Translations under genes and position numbers: made by a program
Part shown: in pieces, positions 50,359 through 61,830 of the stretch
How positions within the stretch are numbered: the first letter of the stretch is position 1
How the letters are laid out: every line of letters begins with the position of its first letter
Notes under the pieces: generated by a model
What the model was told of the DNA's origin: nothing
Database searches by the model: none
The model's input: only the letters and a program-made list of their open reading frames with translations
From: Alphaproteobacteria bacterium
Lineage (GTDB): Bacteria; Pseudomonadota; Alphaproteobacteria; MPNO01; UBA830
Direction: 5' to 3'
NCBI GenBank assembly: GCA_964291215.2
Contig: OZ219791.1
Coordinates: forward strand, 2,848,001 to 2,912,000
Length of the DNA: 64,000 bases

Positions 50359-51158
50359 ACACGCTCGTGATAGGATATGGCGGCATTGCGCGCGAGGTGC
50401 TGGAGCTTGTTGGTTCTGACGAGGAGGCTCGGATTGCCGGCATCCTGGTGCGCGAACACCGGCTTGAGGAGGTGCGCGCTGCGGTCGCCGTGCGCAGCGT
50501 CGAGGTCGGATGTGCGCTCGACGACTTTACCTTCTCTCCCGACCTCTGCGCCGAGTGCGCCGGTCACGGCGCCGTGCGCGAGTGGGGTGTCGAGGTCCTC
50601 CGCCGCGGGATTGATTTCCTCGTGGTCTCGATCGGCGTTCTTGCCGACGAGGAGTTGCATGACGCGCTTGCGGCCGCAGCGCACGCCGGCGGCGCGAAGA
50701 TGATTCTGGTGGCCGGTGCCGTTGCAGGGACCGATGCGCTGGCGGCGGCGCGCGCCGGCGGTCTCGAAAGCGTCGTCTATACTTCCCGCAAGCCGCCGGG
50801 AGCCTGGAAGGGAACGCCGGCCGAGGCGATATGCGATCTCGATAGCCTGACCGGTGAGGTCACCCTCTATGCAGGGCCGGCGGACGAAGCGGCCCGGCGC
50901 TATCCCCAGAACGCCAATGTTGCGGCGACGGTGGCCCTTGCGGGCGCTGGCCTCAAGGCGACGGAGGTGCGCCTCGTCGCCGACGCCGAAGCGGAGCGCA
51001 ACACGCACCGGGTGTCCGCCAAGGGCGCGTTCGGCGCGCTCGAGATAGAAGTTGCGGGACGACCGCTCCCCGACAATCCGAAGACATCCGCGCTTGCCGC
51101 CCATTCTGTGGCGGCGGCGATACGCCGGTACGCGTCACCGGTGCAGATCGGCGGTTGA
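50355..51158 (+). CDS. nadX: L-aspartate dehydrogenase-like protein
   Basis: GYGGIA, ECAGH, YPQNANVAATVALAG, NPKTSALA. Confidence 0.88.
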   Translation: MNTLVIGYGGIAREVLELVGSDEEARIAGILVREHRLEEVRAAVAVRSVEVGCALDDFTFSPDLCAECAGHGAVREWGVEVLRRGIDFLVVSIGVLADEELHDALAAAAHAGGAKMILVAGAVAGTDALAAARAGGLESVVYTSRKPPGAWKGTPAEAICDLDSLTGEVTLYAGPADEAARRYPQNANVAATVALAGAGLKATEVRLVADAEAERNTHRVSAKGAFGALEIEVAGRPLPDNPKTSALAAHSVAAAIRRYASPVQIGG

Positions 51159-51195
51159 AGAGGGGGCGGCCGACCGCGGGCAGCGACGCGGGTGC

Positions 51196-52518
51196 CTACG
51201 GTTCGGCCATGAAGGCGCGCCAGGCCGTGTACTGGGCGCGGAGCGAAAGTTCGCTGGTACCGATGTCGCCGACGGATTCTTCCGTGTTGCGGCTATGGTC
51301 GGTGCCGAGACCGCGGGACAGGTCTATCCATTCCGTGTCGGAGTCGCGGAGCGCCTTCTGGATTCCGTTGAATACCGCGATGTCGTCGGACGTGATCTGC
51401 GAGGCCGGAGAGTTGAGCGCGTTCAGAAACGAGACAGCGCGCGCGTGCATCTCTTCCGGCGCGCCGACCAGCCTGAAGCAGGCGGAGTGCACGATCGTTC
51501 GGTCCGCGGCGACGGGCTGCATGAGCCGCATCTGCTGATGCTTGGGGTTGAGGATGAGGTTGGGATAGATCAGGTGGTTGAACGTGTCCCAACCCGTGAT
51601 TTCCCTGGCCCGTTTCTCCCCGTAGGCCCTGACCATGCCGGCCTCGTAGGCGGCGTTCACCGGATCTCGCCGGATTCCGGGAGCATCGGTCTTCTGGGTG
51701 ATCGCGCCCTCGGTGTAGAATCCTCCCATGTAGGAATGGCCGCCCGTGAAACCGTGGATTTCGACCTTTTCCATCAGGCTGAGCGGGAGACCGTTGCCCT
51801 TGAACATCTGCAATGCGTGATGTTCCTCCTGACCGTCGAGCTGGCCGATGACCTCGCGGGCGCTCTCGATCGATGACACATGGGTGATCGAGGCGTGCAT
51901 GAGGTCATTGGCGTTCTCCATGTGCAGCTTCCAGTTGCCGGCATATTCCTGACGGAAACCGCTGGTTGCGATCTCGATCGTACCGGCCGGCGCACGATCG
52001 ACCATGTTGTCGATCGCGCGGCTCATCTTGCCGAGATGCTCTGCGAGCGACGGCCCCCCGGCACTGCGGCTGGCGAACACGAACCCGCGATAACTTTCCA
52101 CCCGCGCCGCCGGCGTCAGGTCGAGGTCGGGAACCCCCGGCCCGAGCCGCCCGCCATAGCCGCGCGCGCGTGGTATGGCGGCAAGCTGCCCGTCAGTGCC
52201 GAACGTCCAACCGTGATAGGGACAGATGAACTGCCGGTTCGACCCCCGCCGGGCCGCGCAGACTTGCATGCCGCGGTGGGTGCAGCGGTTGGCGAACACG
52301 TGGACCCGGCCGTCGGTGTGGCGCGCCGCGATTACCGGACGGTCGCCCATGGGGGCGGTGACGAAGTCTCCGGGGCGGGGAATCTGGCTTTCGTGGACGA
52401 CGAACAACCAGGTTCGGCCGTAAATGCGGTCCATTTCGGCGCGGAAGACATCCGCATCGGTATAGACGCGCTTGCTGACACGACCTTCCGGGGCGAGATC
52501 TGCAAAATTGCCATCCAT
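51196..52518 (-). CDS. Aromatic ring-hydroxylating dioxygenase alpha subunit
   Basis: NRCTHRG..CPYHGW; NWKLHMENANDLMHASITH; SDD. Confidence 0.92.
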   Translation of the reverse strand: MDGNFADLAPEGRVSKRVYTDADVFRAEMDRIYGRTWLFVVHESQIPRPGDFVTAPMGDRPVIAARHTDGRVHVFANRCTHRGMQVCAARRGSNRQFICPYHGWTFGTDGQLAAIPRARGYGGRLGPGVPDLDLTPAARVESYRGFVFASRSAGGPSLAEHLGKMSRAIDNMVDRAPAGTIEIATSGFRQEYAGNWKLHMENANDLMHASITHVSSIESAREVIGQLDGQEEHHALQMFKGNGLPLSLMEKVEIHGFTGGHSYMGGFYTEGAITQKTDAPGIRRDPVNAAYEAGMVRAYGEKRAREITGWDTFNHLIYPNLILNPKHQQMRLMQPVAADRTIVHSACFRLVGAPEEMHARAVSFLNALNSPASQITSDDIAVFNGIQKALRDSDTEWIDLSRGLGTDHSRNTEESVGDIGTSELSLRAQYTAWRAFMAEP

Positions 52519-52597
52519 GGCCCAAGAATACCGCAATTGGCGCCCCGCAGCCACATCGATTGCTTGCGCCGGGGCGGGTCGGAGGTAGGATGCGACG

Positions 52598-52939
52598 ATG
52601 ACCGACAAGCCGAGATACCGCACATTTCGGGAATTCTGGCCCTATTACCTGTCGGAACACGCGAATCCGGCCACGAGAGCGGTCCATCTGTTGGGGACGG
52701 GCGCCGCTGCGGTGTGCCTGATCGCGCTTGCCGTCACGGGCGACTTGCGCCTTCTGCCGGTGGCGCTGGTTGTGGGCTATGGCCCCGCCTGGCTGTCGCA
52801 CCTGCTGATCGAGAAGAACCGGCCGGCGACGTTCCGCTATCCGGTCATGTCGCTGTTCGGCGATCTCAGGATGTTCGTGCTTGCTTGCAGTGGACGCCTG
52901 TCAGGCGAAGTGGAACGCCTGCGGCGCGGGGAGCGCTGA
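52598..52939 (+). CDS. DUF962 (Mpo1-like) membrane protein
   Basis: FWPYYLSEHANP..H..GT, WLSH.LIEKNRPATFRYP. Confidence 0.88.
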   Translation: MTDKPRYRTFREFWPYYLSEHANPATRAVHLLGTGAAAVCLIALAVTGDLRLLPVALVVGYGPAWLSHLLIEKNRPATFRYPVMSLFGDLRMFVLACSGRLSGEVERLRRGER

Positions 52940-53282
52940 AGCGGCCCCCACTTGCGGGATCGTCTCTTCGCGAAGTATCTCTCGACATAGCCGATGCAGC
53001 GTTTCCCGTGGCCGGCACGCTCGATGATCTTCGAACGGGCGAGATGCGGCGTCCCGGGCCTGGCAGGCTGACGACGGCCCCCGGCAAGCGCCGCAGCGGA
53101 CCTTCCTTCCGGTCTGCCTCGGCCTGCCCGGAGAGGGCCTCGGCGGCCTCCGGCGGGCGCACCGCTCGTCCGGCGCCGGAAGCGATGGCAGGGTGTGCTG
53201 CGGGCCATCTTCGAACGGCGCGCGTCCGGCGGCTGTTGCGCATGGCAGAACATGTGGCGGGCAATGGACAGGACTATCTCAA

Positions 53283-54422
53283 ATGCTACGCTCGACAGGT
53301 GTCAAACGACAGGTACGAGAGACGACAGCAGTGCGCAAATTCACACGTAACAGGCTCAGCATCGGACTGTTCGGCGCCAATTGCGAAGGCGGTCTTGCGT
53401 GCTCGACCTTTCCGGAGCGCTGGCGGGCGAGTTGGGAGAACTGCCGGGATCTCTCGGTGATGGCTGACGAGGCAGGGCTCGACTTCATGCTGCCGCTCGG
53501 CCGCTGGATCGGCTATGGCGGCGAGACCAATCACAACGGCTCCAACTTCGAGACCATTGCCTGGGCCTCCGGCATCCTCGCCTCGACCAAGCGGATCATG
53601 GCGTTCGGCACCGTGCATGTGACGGCGCACAGCCCCGTGGTGGCCGCCAAGCAGATGGTCACCGCCGATCATGTCGGCGGCGGGCGCTTCGGGCTCAACA
53701 TCGTGTGCGGCTGGTACCAGAAGGAATTCGACATGCTCGGTGTTGATCTCGGCGATCACGCGCGGCGCTACGATCTCGGCCAGGAATGGATCGACCTGGT
53801 CGGACGCATCTGGAGCGAGAGCGAGCCGTTCGATTTCGAAGGGGAGTTCTTCCGCACGAGAAACACGGTGTTGGAGCCGAAACCCGTGGGCGGGACGCGC
53901 CCCATGGTCGTCAGTGCCGGCACCTCGGGGCGGGGTCGGGAGTTCGCGCTCCGTAACGCCGACATGCTCTTCAACGTCTTCTACGATCTCGAGACCATGC
54001 GTTCGGACAACGCGGAACTGCGTGCCGAGGCGCGCCGGCAGGGGCGGGAAGTCGGCCTGTTCACGAATGTCGGCGTGGTCTGCCGTCCAACACGAAGGCA
54101 GGCCGAGGACTACCATCACTACTATGCCGTCGAGCACGCCGATAGAGAGGCCTGCCGGGTGATGATGGTAGAACGCGGCCTCGACCGGCCAGAGGTCCCG
54201 GAGGAGGTACGGCAGCGGTTCAGCCTCCGGGCTGCCACGGCAAACGGCGCCACCCCGGTGGTCGGGGATCCGGACGACATCGCGGAGGCGCTGGCGGCGA
54301 TGGCCGAAGCCGGGTGCGACGCCCTTGCCATAGGCTTGCCGAACTACCTGGATGACCTGCCGATCCTGATCGAGGAGGTTCTGCCGCGCCTCGAAGCGCG
54401 GGGGCTGCGGACCAGGCCGTGA
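53283..54422 (+). CDS. Luciferase-like (LLM) flavin-dependent monooxygenase, RutA-like
   Basis: GLFGANCEGG, RWIGYGG, GRFGLNIVCGW, AGTSGRGREFA; start uncertain (GTG 53331 is an alternative). Confidence 0.9.
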   Translation: MLRSTGVKRQVRETTAVRKFTRNRLSIGLFGANCEGGLACSTFPERWRASWENCRDLSVMADEAGLDFMLPLGRWIGYGGETNHNGSNFETIAWASGILASTKRIMAFGTVHVTAHSPVVAAKQMVTADHVGGGRFGLNIVCGWYQKEFDMLGVDLGDHARRYDLGQEWIDLVGRIWSESEPFDFEGEFFRTRNTVLEPKPVGGTRPMVVSAGTSGRGREFALRNADMLFNVFYDLETMRSDNAELRAEARRQGREVGLFTNVGVVCRPTRRQAEDYHHYYAVEHADREACRVMMVERGLDRPEVPEEVRQRFSLRAATANGATPVVGDPDDIAEALAAMAEAGCDALAIGLPNYLDDLPILIEEVLPRLEARGLRTRP

Positions 54423-54507
54423 CGCGAAGCCGGGCCGCGCGGTTGCCAGGCGCATGGGTCCGGCGGGGATGGCATCCCCGGTTCGGGAACCGGGCGGGAG
54501 GCTGAAC

Positions 54508-55566
54508 ATGCAATCGAAACTGTCGGCATTCGGAATCGCGTTCGGTATAGCGGCGCTGAGCGTGTACCTGCTGGTGACCGGGCGGGAACTGCTGGTTCCG
54601 CTCGCCATCGCGGTCATGGTCTGGTACCTGATCAACGCGCTGTCGCGGTCGATCAGCCGCTACGCGCGGGCGCCCGGCTGGCTCGCCCTCACTTGCGCGA
54701 TAGTGGCCATCCTCGTCGTGATCGCGCTGATCGTCGAGATGATCAGCGGCAATGTCGAGGCCGTGCGCACGGCCGCGCCGGCATACCAGGCGAACATCGA
54801 GAGACTGATTGCCGGTGGAACGGCGCTGTTCGGGTTGCACGAGGTGCCGAGCTTCGGTCAGATACTCGACCAGTTCGACGTGCGCGCCGCCATTGGCTGG
54901 ATCGCGGGTGCGGTCGCGAACGTGGCCGGCAGCGCCGGGCTAATCCTGATCTACGTCATCTTCCTGCTCTCGGAACAGCGGACTTTCAGACGCAAGCTGA
55001 CGGCGCTGTTTCCCGAGCCGGGGCGCCGCGGCGAGGTCGAAAAGATCTTCCTTCACATCCAGGAACGCACCCAGACCTATGTCGCGGTGAAAACCCTGCT
55101 CAGCTTTGCCACTGGCCTTGCGAGCTATGTTGTGCTGATCGCGGTCGGCGTCGATCTCGCCGGCTTCTGGGCATTCCTCATTTTTCTGCTGAACTACATT
55201 CCGACGATCGGGTCACTGCTTGGCGTTGTGTTCCCGGCGTTGCTGACGATCATTCAGTTCGGCGAGCTTGCCCCGTTCCTGGTCGTCGTGGTCGCGCTTG
55301 GGGCGCTGCAGATGGTGATCGGGAACGTGATCGAGCCGCGCATGATGGGCAAGTCGCTGAACCTGTCGCCGCTCGTGGTCATACTGTCGCTGGCGATATG
55401 GGGCTCGCTCTGGGGCGCGACGGGCATGTTCCTGTGCGTTCCCATGACCGTGATCCTGATGATCGTCCTCGCCGAATTCGACCAGACCCGCCCCATCGCC
55501 ATCCTGCTGAGCGCCGATGGAGACGTCTACAGGCCGGGATCAGCCGAAGAACCCGATCAGGCGTAG
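54508..55566 (+). CDS. AI-2E (PerM) family transporter
   Basis: LNYIPTIGS, GNVIEPRMMGKSLNLSPL, WG..GMFL.VP. Confidence 0.92.
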   Translation: MQSKLSAFGIAFGIAALSVYLLVTGRELLVPLAIAVMVWYLINALSRSISRYARAPGWLALTCAIVAILVVIALIVEMISGNVEAVRTAAPAYQANIERLIAGGTALFGLHEVPSFGQILDQFDVRAAIGWIAGAVANVAGSAGLILIYVIFLLSEQRTFRRKLTALFPEPGRRGEVEKIFLHIQERTQTYVAVKTLLSFATGLASYVVLIAVGVDLAGFWAFLIFLLNYIPTIGSLLGVVFPALLTIIQFGELAPFLVVVVALGALQMVIGNVIEPRMMGKSLNLSPLVVILSLAIWGSLWGATGMFLCVPMTVILMIVLAEFDQTRPIAILLSADGDVYRPGSAEEPDQA

Positions 55567-56931
55567 CCACAGGAACTGCAGGGGCAGCATAACGAACGAG
55601 GCGACCATCGCCATGGCGAGCAACAGCAGCGCGAGCCTGCCGGCGGATGCGCTGACGATGTGTGCGGCGAGGATCCATGGCGGGAACTGATAGGCGAACG
55701 GCGCCATTGCCCAGCTCAGCGGCTGCGTCATCAGCACCGTGAGAAGCGGCCAGCCGGTCGCCGCCGCGATGTCGGGCATCAGCGTCGTCATGATGGCCGG
55801 CTGGCCCGGCAGCGTCGTGACTACCGCCATCGCGGCGCTTGCAACCGTAACGGCAACGAAATTGGCGAAGTCGGCGCCGTCGGCGAGCGGTGCGACGACG
55901 AACATGGCATCGCTCAGATGGCTGCCCATTCCGGCTTCCGAGACGACGGCGCCCATGCCGATCACGCCGCAGACGAAGAACCATGGTGCGTAGGAGACCT
56001 GGCCCACGACGACGCTTGACGGGATCATGCCGATGCGGGGAAGCATGCAGGCAGTGGCGGCGCCGAGCACGATCCACGCGGGCGACACGCCGTGTGCGAA
56101 GTCGGTCATCCAGAGACCGAGGGTGGCGGTCAGTATCAGGGCCAACCTGACGAGTTCGGGCGACGATCCCGCCGTTTCTTCGGTCCCCGGATCCGCAGCG
56201 TCGATCCGGTCGGGGAACAGCTTCGAGATGATCAGGGGAATCGCGGTCACCGAGACCAGGCCGATGACCGGAAAGTTGGCGAGCAGGTACTGGCCGTAGG
56301 TGATCTCGATGCCGTGGACGCTCTCGGCGGCGCCGAGCCAGCCGAGGTTCGGGACTGCCGCCGGAAGAACGCCGAAGCTCGGATAGATGGAACCGGCGGT
56401 CGCGGCGAAGGCGAGGCCGGTGCGCCCGGGGCGGCCCGGCCGCAGCCCGACCCGGTCGGCCATCGCGAGGAAGATGGGCAGCATGATGACGACGCGGCCG
56501 GTATTCGATGGCAGGGTGAAGCACAGCACCATGCCCGTCATCGTCGCGCCGAGGAGCAGCCCCGTGTAGCTCTTCGGGAATATGCGCAGCAATTGCCCCG
56601 CGAGAACCTTTCCGAAACCGGTTTCCTGGACAGCGGCGCCGAGCACGAGCCCGCCGAACACCATCCAGCCTGCGGCCGAGTGAAAGCCGGAGAACACGGT
56701 CGCGGGGCCAGCGTCGGTCAGCGTCATGGCGAGCAGGAAGAAGATCAGCGCCGTGAAGTACTCCGGCAGCGCAGCCGTCGCCCAGAGCGAAATCGCGACG
56801 ATCACGACGCCTGCGGTGCGCAGCATTCCGGGCGAGAATCCGTCCGGCGGCGGAAGGAAGAACACGGCAGTCCCCGCCGCAATGCCCAGCCACGCGATCA
56901 CGACCGGGATCCGGTGGGTCCGCTTGTCCAT
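55540..56931 (-). CDS. SLC13/DASS-family anion permease
   Basis: Highly hydrophobic; LPSNTGR, AAVPN, PFAYQFPP. Confidence 0.85.
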   Translation of the reverse strand: MDKRTHRIPVVIAWLGIAAGTAVFFLPPPDGFSPGMLRTAGVVIVAISLWATAALPEYFTALIFFLLAMTLTDAGPATVFSGFHSAAGWMVFGGLVLGAAVQETGFGKVLAGQLLRIFPKSYTGLLLGATMTGMVLCFTLPSNTGRVVIMLPIFLAMADRVGLRPGRPGRTGLAFAATAGSIYPSFGVLPAAVPNLGWLGAAESVHGIEITYGQYLLANFPVIGLVSVTAIPLIISKLFPDRIDAADPGTEETAGSSPELVRLALILTATLGLWMTDFAHGVSPAWIVLGAATACMLPRIGMIPSSVVVGQVSYAPWFFVCGVIGMGAVVSEAGMGSHLSDAMFVVAPLADGADFANFVAVTVASAAMAVVTTLPGQPAIMTTLMPDIAAATGWPLLTVLMTQPLSWAMAPFAYQFPPWILAAHIVSASAGRLALLLLAMAMVASFVMLPLQFLWLRLIGFFG

Positions 56932-57056
56932 CGTGACAGGATGTTGAAGCCTCTGAATTCTGTCAAACGCGGCGCGGGTTCGCCCCGGTGGAGCATCGTG
57001 CGGGTCATTGTCTCGTTCCGGGTTCTGGGCTATTCGGGTGCGCAGTGGAGGGTGCG

Positions 57057-58658
57057 ATGAACAACGCCGAACTTCTCGTCCGGATACTCAAGGCGTCGGG
57101 CGTCAGCCATGGATTCGGGGTGCCCAGCGGCAACGTGCTGCCGCTGATGGAGGCGATGCGCGCGCATGACCTGCCCTTCGTGCTGACGGCGCATGAGGGG
57201 TCCGCCGGTTTCGCTGCCGATGTCATGGGACGCCTCACCGGTGCGCCCGGCCTTGCTGTTGCCACCCTCGGGCCAGGCGCGACCAACCTGGCGACGGGTG
57301 TCGGCGACGCCTTCCTTGACCGATCGCCGATGATCGCCGTGACCTGCAATCTCGACGTTGCTCAGCACGGCCGGCGCATCCAGATGTACATTGATCATCA
57401 CAGGCTGTTCGCGCCGATCACCAAGGCCAGCCTCGGGCTGCGCCAGGGCAGTGTCGCTGCGACAACCGCCGAGGCGCTGCGAATCGCGCTCGCCGAACCG
57501 GCCGGTCCCGTACATCTTGACCTGCCCGAGGACGTGGCGCTGGCTCCTGCGGTCGAAGAGATGCCGGCGCCCGCTATTCCCGAACCTCCGGCCGCGGCAG
57601 GCGGCGACGCGATTGCGGCAGCGCTGGCGGTGCTGCGTCGCGCTTCGCGACCGATTGCCGTCATCGGCGCCAGCGCCATGCGGATGGCGGATGTGGAGCT
57701 TCTCCTCCGCTTCATCGAGAAACACGGCATTCCGTTCGCCTCGACGACGATGGCGAAAGGCCTGATCGACGAGGCTCATCCGCTGTCGATCGGCTGCATC
57801 GAACGGGCCAGGCGCCAGATCCAGCGCCGCTTCCTGCGCCGCGCCGACCTGGTGATCGGGCTCGGCTATGACACCGTGGAAGTCGAATACGAAGCCTGGA
57901 TCGGAGATGTCGAACTGCTCCATGTCGACATCGAGGAGGCCGATATCGCGCCGTCCGTTCGATTGGAATCGGACGTGATCGGGAACCTCGACAATTCGTT
58001 GGCGGCGCTCTCCGACGCTTCGGCTGCCGACAATGGCTGGAATCTGCAGGAAATCGCGGCCCATCGCGACGCGTTCCAGTCGGCGCTGCGGCCCGATGTT
58101 GCGGCATTCGCGCCCCATCAGGCAATCGACATCGTCCGCGAGGTTTTGCCTCCGGATGGCATCCTCACCTTCGATGTCGGTGCCCACACTCACCAGATTG
58201 CCGGCCAGTGGATCGCACATGCGCCGCGGCGGTTCTTGATCACCAACGGTTGGTCCTCGATGGGATTCGGACTTCCGTCGGCGGTCGCGGCCAAGCTCGC
58301 CCGGCCCGACCTGCCCGTGGTCTGCGTGATCGGCGACGGGTGTTTCCAGATGACCTGCGGGGAACTCGCCGCAGCGCGGCGGCTCGGGCTCTGCCTGCCG
58401 GTTGTCGTGCTTGACGACCGCTGGCTCGGCCTCATCAAGGTCAAGCAGGAGCGCCGCCAGCTACCGATTTACGGTACCGCGCTGCAGGACGACGAATATC
58501 GTGATCCGCCAGAGCATTATTTCGGGGTGCCGGCGGTCGGCGTGCGCGACGGGCCGGCGCTTCGCCGCGCGCTGGCCGACGCATTGCGTGCGGCCGGTCC
58601 AACCGTGATCGAGGCCGTAGTCGATGCCGACCACTATTCCGAGACCGTGTTCGACTGA
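57057..58658 (+). CDS. ThDP-binding protein (acetolactate synthase-like)
   Basis: HEGSAGFAA, TLGPGATN, GPVHLDLPED, NGWSSMGFGLP, GDGCF. Confidence 0.92.
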   Translation: MNNAELLVRILKASGVSHGFGVPSGNVLPLMEAMRAHDLPFVLTAHEGSAGFAADVMGRLTGAPGLAVATLGPGATNLATGVGDAFLDRSPMIAVTCNLDVAQHGRRIQMYIDHHRLFAPITKASLGLRQGSVAATTAEALRIALAEPAGPVHLDLPEDVALAPAVEEMPAPAIPEPPAAAGGDAIAAALAVLRRASRPIAVIGASAMRMADVELLLRFIEKHGIPFASTTMAKGLIDEAHPLSIGCIERARRQIQRRFLRRADLVIGLGYDTVEVEYEAWIGDVELLHVDIEEADIAPSVRLESDVIGNLDNSLAALSDASAADNGWNLQEIAAHRDAFQSALRPDVAAFAPHQAIDIVREVLPPDGILTFDVGAHTHQIAGQWIAHAPRRFLITNGWSSMGFGLPSAVAAKLARPDLPVVCVIGDGCFQMTCGELAAARRLGLCLPVVVLDDRWLGLIKVKQERRQLPIYGTALQDDEYRDPPEHYFGVPAVGVRDGPALRRALADALRAAGPTVIEAVVDADHYSETVFD

Positions 58659-58739
58659 TGGCTCCGCTGCTCCAGGGGGCGAGGCTTTGCGGTGGGTCCG
58701 TTGTGATATGATGGGACATCGAGATTCATAAGTGAAAGG

Positions 58740-59255
58740 ATGTCGAAGATGGTTTACACGCTTGAGCGATTCGCCGCCGATTGCCGTGCGGCGCTGGACA
58801 GGGATCCCGGACCGGTGGGGCGCGAGGAAATCCGGAAGTTCACCGAAAGGGCATGCGCCGACCGCGAATTCGTTTACACCCATCTCGGACCGGACAATAC
58901 GACTGGGCGCCAGATTCTCTACGAGGACGACAGGCACAGGTTTTGCATCCTTGCCCATGTCTACGAGGGCGCGAGGAACTCGCCGCCGCATGACCACGGT
59001 CCGAGCTGGGCGATCTACGGCCAGGCCGAGGGCGTGACCACCATGAGAGATTGGGAGAAGATTGCCGAACCGACGGACGGCGAGCCCGGCAAGGTTCGGG
59101 AGAAGGCCGTATACGATCTGACGCCGGGCAAGGCGCACCTTTACAACGAGGGCGATCTGCACGCGCCCAGCCGCGTCGACACCACACGCCTCATCCGCAT
59201 CGAAGGCCGGGATCTGACCGGCGTTCACCGCGACCGCTACGTCGTCACCGAATAG
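58740..59255 (+). CDS. Cysteine dioxygenase-like cupin protein
   Basis: SPPHDHGPSWAIYG, GDLHAP. Confidence 0.8.
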   Translation: MSKMVYTLERFAADCRAALDRDPGPVGREEIRKFTERACADREFVYTHLGPDNTTGRQILYEDDRHRFCILAHVYEGARNSPPHDHGPSWAIYGQAEGVTTMRDWEKIAEPTDGEPGKVREKAVYDLTPGKAHLYNEGDLHAPSRVDTTRLIRIEGRDLTGVHRDRYVVTE

Positions 59256-59385
59256 GGCCGGCCAACAGCGCGACCGTCCTGCGCCACGCTGCTGCGCCAT
59301 GGTGGGGCGCGGCGATACTGGCCGTGGCGCCGGGCCGTGCGGCGCGCGTCGATGACACCACCACTGCGAGAGGCGCTGACGATTT

Positions 59386-59945
59386 GTAAGCGTTCGTTCG
59401 TGCGGTGATGACGATCTGCGCCGAGGTTTATTCTGGTGACTGCAAGAAGGGGGCCGACAACCCGAATTCGGCAGTGCTACCAAGTCGTGCATGGTGATGT
59501 GCGTCGAGGATTTCGTGTCATCATCGGGTGCGGGCGCCGCTGGCGACGTGCCGCAGTCGTTGTGTTGTGATTCGGGCACCTGGAAGTCCCGGTACGATTG
59601 CGAGCGTATTCGAGCCGAAGCGGCGGAAGCCCGTGTGGCGGCTGCGGCCAGCAGCGCGGCACTCCTGGCCATGGCCGCACACCGCGGCCGGCGCTTGAGG
59701 AGGTGGAGGAGCGGCTGGAGGTGGCGGAGGACGCACCCATCTGCTCGTGCTGCGGCGCGCCCTGCGTTGCCAACGGTTCGCATCAGGATCATCGAGATCA
59801 AGGAGCACAAGCGGCGGATTGTCCGCCTGCGCTGGCGCCGGCTGTTTCCCGGCACCGCATTCGGGTGTGGACGCATGTGCTGCATGCGGCCCTTGCGTCG
59901 CGGGCTGGCTGACCAGGGGCTTGCGGTTTTGCCGGGAACACTGGC
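59386..59945 (+). mobile_element. IS66-family left end and eroded transposase fragment
   Basis: GTAAGCGTTCG end; GHGRTPRPAL..CSCCGAPCVANG..IIEIK.HKRRIVR..LFPGT. Confidence 0.75.
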
Positions 59946-59997
59946 CGGCTGCATGAGCCGGATCTTTCAACGGGACGTGCTTAATTCGGGGTTCATG

Positions 59998-61522
59998 AGC
60001 ATCCATGTTTCCTGGCAAGGTTTTTGCGGGTGTCCGCGGTGATGTTTTCCGTGGTTGTCCACATGCGGTCCGGGGTACCGCTTCGCCGATGTCCTGCGAG
60101 CGAGGCGACATGCAGCTTGTAGTTCCGGCGGCGGGTTGCCGTCCATTGCTCAAGGTCACGTGAGCGCGGCCACCTTGCCGCCCAGCGTCCCCGGGCATGA
60201 TAACGTTACCGTTGTCAATGGAGTTCCGGGTGTCCCGTCCGTAGCCGCGCGGCGGTTCGATGTCCTCGAGAGCCTCGATGTCGGCCTCGACGATGATCTG
60301 CAGACGTTCTCCGCAAGCCGTGTCGCGCGGGGAGACTGCCGAGACAGTGCTCCTGCAACGCACCGAGCCACCGCATCGCGCCAGCGTTGCGTACGGAAAC
60401 GACGGGGCTTTCCGTGGGCGGGGATTTGCGGCGTTCCCGATAACGGCGCTGCTTCTCGGCAGGGGCGAGAGCCGCGTTTCCTTCGCTCGCTCACCGGTGC
60501 TTCGGGCGACCAGCAGCGTTGCTGTCGCAGCAAGGCGTTCGCCAGAGCTTGCGCATCACGGCGACAATCGCGACCTTGCTTGCCGGCGGTCTCGAGGCGT
60601 TCGAACACCAGGTCCGCGTTGAAGCGTGCCGCCGAGGTCGCGGCCATGAACAGGAGATCGCGTGGCCTTCTGCGCCTGCCTCGGATGTGCCGGGCACCGT
60701 GGTCGTTGGCCATCGGCGCCACCCCGATCAAGGCTGCCGAGTTCGGGCATCCAGAAGGGCGGCGGCGGTCACCGGATCGAGGTCAGGATGCCGTACCTCT
60801 GCTCGGGATCACCGCTTTGATCGCCGCACCGGCGATCATCGAGATCGGCCAGGCCCTTGTGACGGTCTCGCCATCCACCACATCTGCCACCTGCCTGGCG
60901 TCGACAAGCGCGGCACCAGGAGATCCTCCACGCTCTTGAGGAAGGCACCCTGAGGAGCTACAGGCTCGAGATCGCACCGTGCCGATCCTGGCCAGCGTCG
61001 ACGCGGTTGGCCAGATGGCCCAACGCTTCGGCGAAGCCCGCAGCGGGCAGGACAACCTCGAAGCCCCGGTCATGAAGACACTGGTAAACCCTGCGGTGAT
61101 AGCGGCCTGTCGCCCACCACACGGGTCACCTCGAGGCTGCGAAGCCACGTGCCCGCCAGCTCGCGGCGTCGTTCGCAAAACGACGCGCTGCCGCACGGAC
61201 TGGCCTTGCTGACCCCTGCTACTACCTTGACCATTGTCCCTTGCTCCTCGCCTTGTGATGATACGGTTCAAACTCGGGCATCCATTCAGGACGCCAGGGG
61301 AGGTTGGCCGACCACGCTCGGGAACGGCTCTGCAAAGCCAGGGGCGAAACGGCAACCTCCGCGGAGATCGTCTGATCCCCGCTCCCCCGTGCGTGTTCGC
61401 ACAGGGGAGCGGAATCTCTCTGCAACCGGGTACTCTCCCACAGTCGAGGTTGTCCACATTTTCCCGCCCCCGACCGCTGTGGATGACTTCATGATCACGG
61501 GGATACAACCCGGTCATACAAG
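59998..61522 (-). mobile_element. IS110 element copy 3
   Basis: CT cores at 61522-21 and 59999-98 (minus strand); rejoined flanks GGGCCACTATGTACGGC-CT-CATGAAC match the empty site at 16658-16683. Confidence 0.92.
61235..61426 (-). ncRNA. Putative bridge RNA (IS110 copy 3)
   Basis: Same fold as copy 1; ATGGATGC and ACAAG guides match this copy's donor junction ATGGATG-CT-TGT. Confidence 0.78.
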
Positions 61523-61830
61523 GCCGTACATAGTGGCCCATGGAATTGGCTTTCGACATCTGTCCGCGACGACGGTTGATTGGCTGAAGGCGGCGTCGGT
61601 TGCCGAGGACAGCACGCCCTGGCGCAGGGATTGTGCGAGCGCGAGGACTGGCGCAACGCGAAGGGCGACCTGTGCCTTGCCCCCGCGCTCGACATCGTCA
61701 TGCGCGTGACCGCAATCCTGCCCAAACTCCACGAAACGGGCTCGCCAGGTCAGTCGGGAACGCTGAAACAACGCAACGGTCTGACGCTGCCCCCGCCACT
61801 TGGCCTGAGCTGCCCAAAACCGCGTGGTTG
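61523..61830 (+). pseudogene. DUF4338-associated IS4-like transposase N-terminal fragment (left end at ~59960-59997, separated by IS110 copy 3)
   Basis: IGFRHLSATTVDWLKAASVAED..LAQGLCEREDWRNAKGDLCL..ILPKL. Confidence 0.6.
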